DNA from: Vicinamibacterales bacterium
GTDB taxonomy: Bacteria > Acidobacteriota > Vicinamibacteria > Vicinamibacterales > SCN-69-37
DNA length: 64,000 nt
NCBI GenBank assembly: GCA_035519535.1
Contig: DATIWF010000068.1
Coordinates: 610-64,609, forward strand
Direction of reading: 5' to 3'
Below the pieces are notes generated by a model, which had not been told where the DNA came from, made no database searches, and saw only the letters and a list, made by a program, of their open reading frames with translations. Position numbers and translations under genes: made by a program. Every line of letters begins with the position of its first letter. Positions within the stretch are counted from its first letter, which is position 1. Shown here one piece after another: positions 62,489-64,000 of this stretch.

Positions 62489-64000
62489 ATGCGGATGCGC
62501 CGTCTGCGCATATCTCCCCTACTCCTCGGTGCTCTGACGTTCGCCCTCCTCTCGTTCGTGCCGGTGGCAGCGACCGGTCAGACGCCGTACGTCCCGTACT
62601 TCGGCAAGAACCAGGTCCGGTACGACAAGTTCGAGTGGATGATCTACAAGACCGACCACTTCGAAATCTTCTACTACCCGGCGCTCGAGAAGCACCTCGA
62701 GCGCGTGGCGTCGTACGCCGAAAGCGCCTACCAGCACATCAGCGCCGAGCTCAAGCACGACCTGGCCGAGAAAGTGCCGCTCATCCTGTTCAAGACCGAG
62801 GCCGAGTTTCAGGAAGAGCACGTCTCGGGCGGCCAGATGCCGGAGGGCGTGCTGGCCTTCGCCGAGCCGGAACGCAACCGGATGGTGCTGCCGATCGACC
62901 AGCCGGCCGACCAGCTCTACGAGCTCATCACGCACGAGCTCACGCACATCTTCGAGTTCGACATCATCCCGCGCGGCCTGGGCCTCGCCAGCTCGCTGCC
63001 CCTCTGGATGGATGAGGGCCTGGCGGACTACATGGCCGGGGCGTGGAACCCGCTCGACCTGATGATGGTCCGCGACACGGCGGTCTCTGACACGGTGCCG
63101 AAGATGAGCGAGCTCGAGAGCCAGCCGATGTCGGGCCGCACGCCGTACGTGCTCGGCCACGCGACGTTCGAGTTCATCGAGTCGAAGTGGGGCAAGGACG
63201 GTCTGCGCCAGTTCCTGTTCTCGCTGCGCAAGAGCGCGATCGGCGGCGGCGAGAGCGCCTACGAAGAGGCGCTCAAGCTCAAGCCCGAGGACTTCGACGA
63301 GCAGTTCGATCGGTACATGAAGGAGCGGTTCAAGCCGTTCCGCGACAAGGAACGGCCCGCCGACTACGGGCGCAACCTCGCGCCGCGGCCCGACCGGTCG
63401 GACTACGTGTCGGTCATCTCGCTCGAGCCGTCGCCGACCGGCGACATGCTCGCCGCCGTCGTCGCCAACCGCCACGACTACGAGCTCGACATCATTCTGA
63501 TCTCGGCCCGCGACGGTCAGGTCATCCGCAACCTGACGCCCGGCCTCGACAAGAACCGCGGCTATGAGTACATCGCCCAGGCCGGCGGTCTGCGGGGCAA
63601 CGTCGTGCCGTGGATCGCGTGGTCGCCGGTGGGCGATCGCGTCGCCTACTTCGTCCGGACCGAAAAGGAAAAGACGCTCATCGTCGAGAACGTCGTCAAT
63701 CGCAAGACTGAATACCGCATCCCCCTCAAGACAGTGGACGAGCCGGAGTCGCCGGCCTTCAGTCCGGACGGCACCAAGATCGCGTTCGCCGGCATGCGCG
63801 ACGCCATCGGCGACATCTTCACCTACGAGCTGGGCAGCGGGAAGATCACGAACGTCACGAACGACACCTTCGCGGACTACGCACCGACGTTCTCACCCGA
63901 CGGCAAGACGATCGTCTACACCGCGCGGGTGGGCGGCAATCACAAGTTGTTTTCGGTGGACCTCGCGAGCGGCCAGAAGAAGCAGCTGACGTTCGGCGCG
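62489..64000 (+). CDS. HExxH (peptidase MA-like) + TolB-like beta-propeller protein, 3'-partial (runs off window); paralog of the N-terminal two-thirds of 33909..36959
   Basis: Not in the ORF track because no stop falls within the window. Hand translation from ATG 62489: MRMRRLRISPLLLGALTFALLSFVPVAATGQTPYVPYFGKNQVRYDKFEW...ITHELTHIFEFD...LWMDEGLADY...FSPDGTKIAF...FSPDGKTIVY. Open for 504 codons to nt 64000. Confidence 0.85.
   Translation, partial: MRMRRLRISPLLLGALTFALLSFVPVAATGQTPYVPYFGKNQVRYDKFEWMIYKTDHFEIFYYPALEKHLERVASYAESAYQHISAELKHDLAEKVPLILFKTEAEFQEEHVSGGQMPEGVLAFAEPERNRMVLPIDQPADQLYELITHELTHIFEFDIIPRGLGLASSLPLWMDEGLADYMAGAWNPLDLMMVRDTAVSDTVPKMSELESQPMSGRTPYVLGHATFEFIESKWGKDGLRQFLFSLRKSAIGGGESAYEEALKLKPEDFDEQFDRYMKERFKPFRDKERPADYGRNLAPRPDRSDYVSVISLEPSPTGDMLAAVVANRHDYELDIILISARDGQVIRNLTPGLDKNRGYEYIAQAGGLRGNVVPWIAWSPVGDRVAYFVRTEKEKTLIVENVVNRKTEYRIPLKTVDEPESPAFSPDGTKIAFAGMRDAIGDIFTYELGSGKITNVTNDTFADYAPTFSPDGKTIVYTARVGGNHKLFSVDLASGQKKQLTFGA

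Overview
This is a visibly GC-rich bacterial chromosomal segment. It is most consistent with Acidobacteriota: it carries an ADOP-type duplicated FtsX permease, a PSCyt/DUF1549/DUF1553 + DUF1501 gene pair, and many TolB-like propeller/peptidase genes. About 60 protein-coding genes tile the window almost completely. There is one tRNA-Leu(CAA), sitting next to a tyrosine integrase that is cut by the left window edge.

Gene content by theme:
- Peptide and amino-acid catabolism: S9 peptidase, amidase, M19 dipeptidase, POT transporter, P5C dehydrogenase.
- Envelope and efflux: a TetR-HlyD-ABC-TolC-ABC-permease-permease operon, and a LytS-type kinase/LytTR regulator operon with LiaF-like genes.
- Redox and metal: NDH-2, molybdopterin oxidoreductase, SCO, TlpA, ferritin, YggX.
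- Many conserved hypotheticals.

I saw no rRNA, CRISPR, cas genes, transposase, reverse transcriptase or recognisable toxin/defence module, so I cannot point to one clear-cut new system.

The most unusual signals are non-coding:
- a ~360-bp ATCGAT/GATC-saturated giant palindrome with embedded ~60-bp tandem repeats (33531-33893);
- a heptad-periodic long inverted repeat (21507-21767);
- a 7-mer x8 tandem repeat between two operon genes (56551-56606);
- a family of AT-rich palindromic elements (37005, 38934, 59634);
- a nested 119-bp palindrome (47405-47523).

Architecture-level oddities:
- the integrase frame has no stop and runs through the tRNA;
- there is a POTRA-only protein, while a separate protein fuses an HExxH domain, a propeller and an Omp85 barrel;
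- the YbhF-like ATPase is split, with a TolC gene embedded between the halves;
- six genes centred on LemA/TPM form a tightly spaced, partly start/stop-overlapping operon;
- one real CDS (62489 to the window end) is missing from the ORF track.

All functional calls come from reading motifs in the translations. No database search was run.
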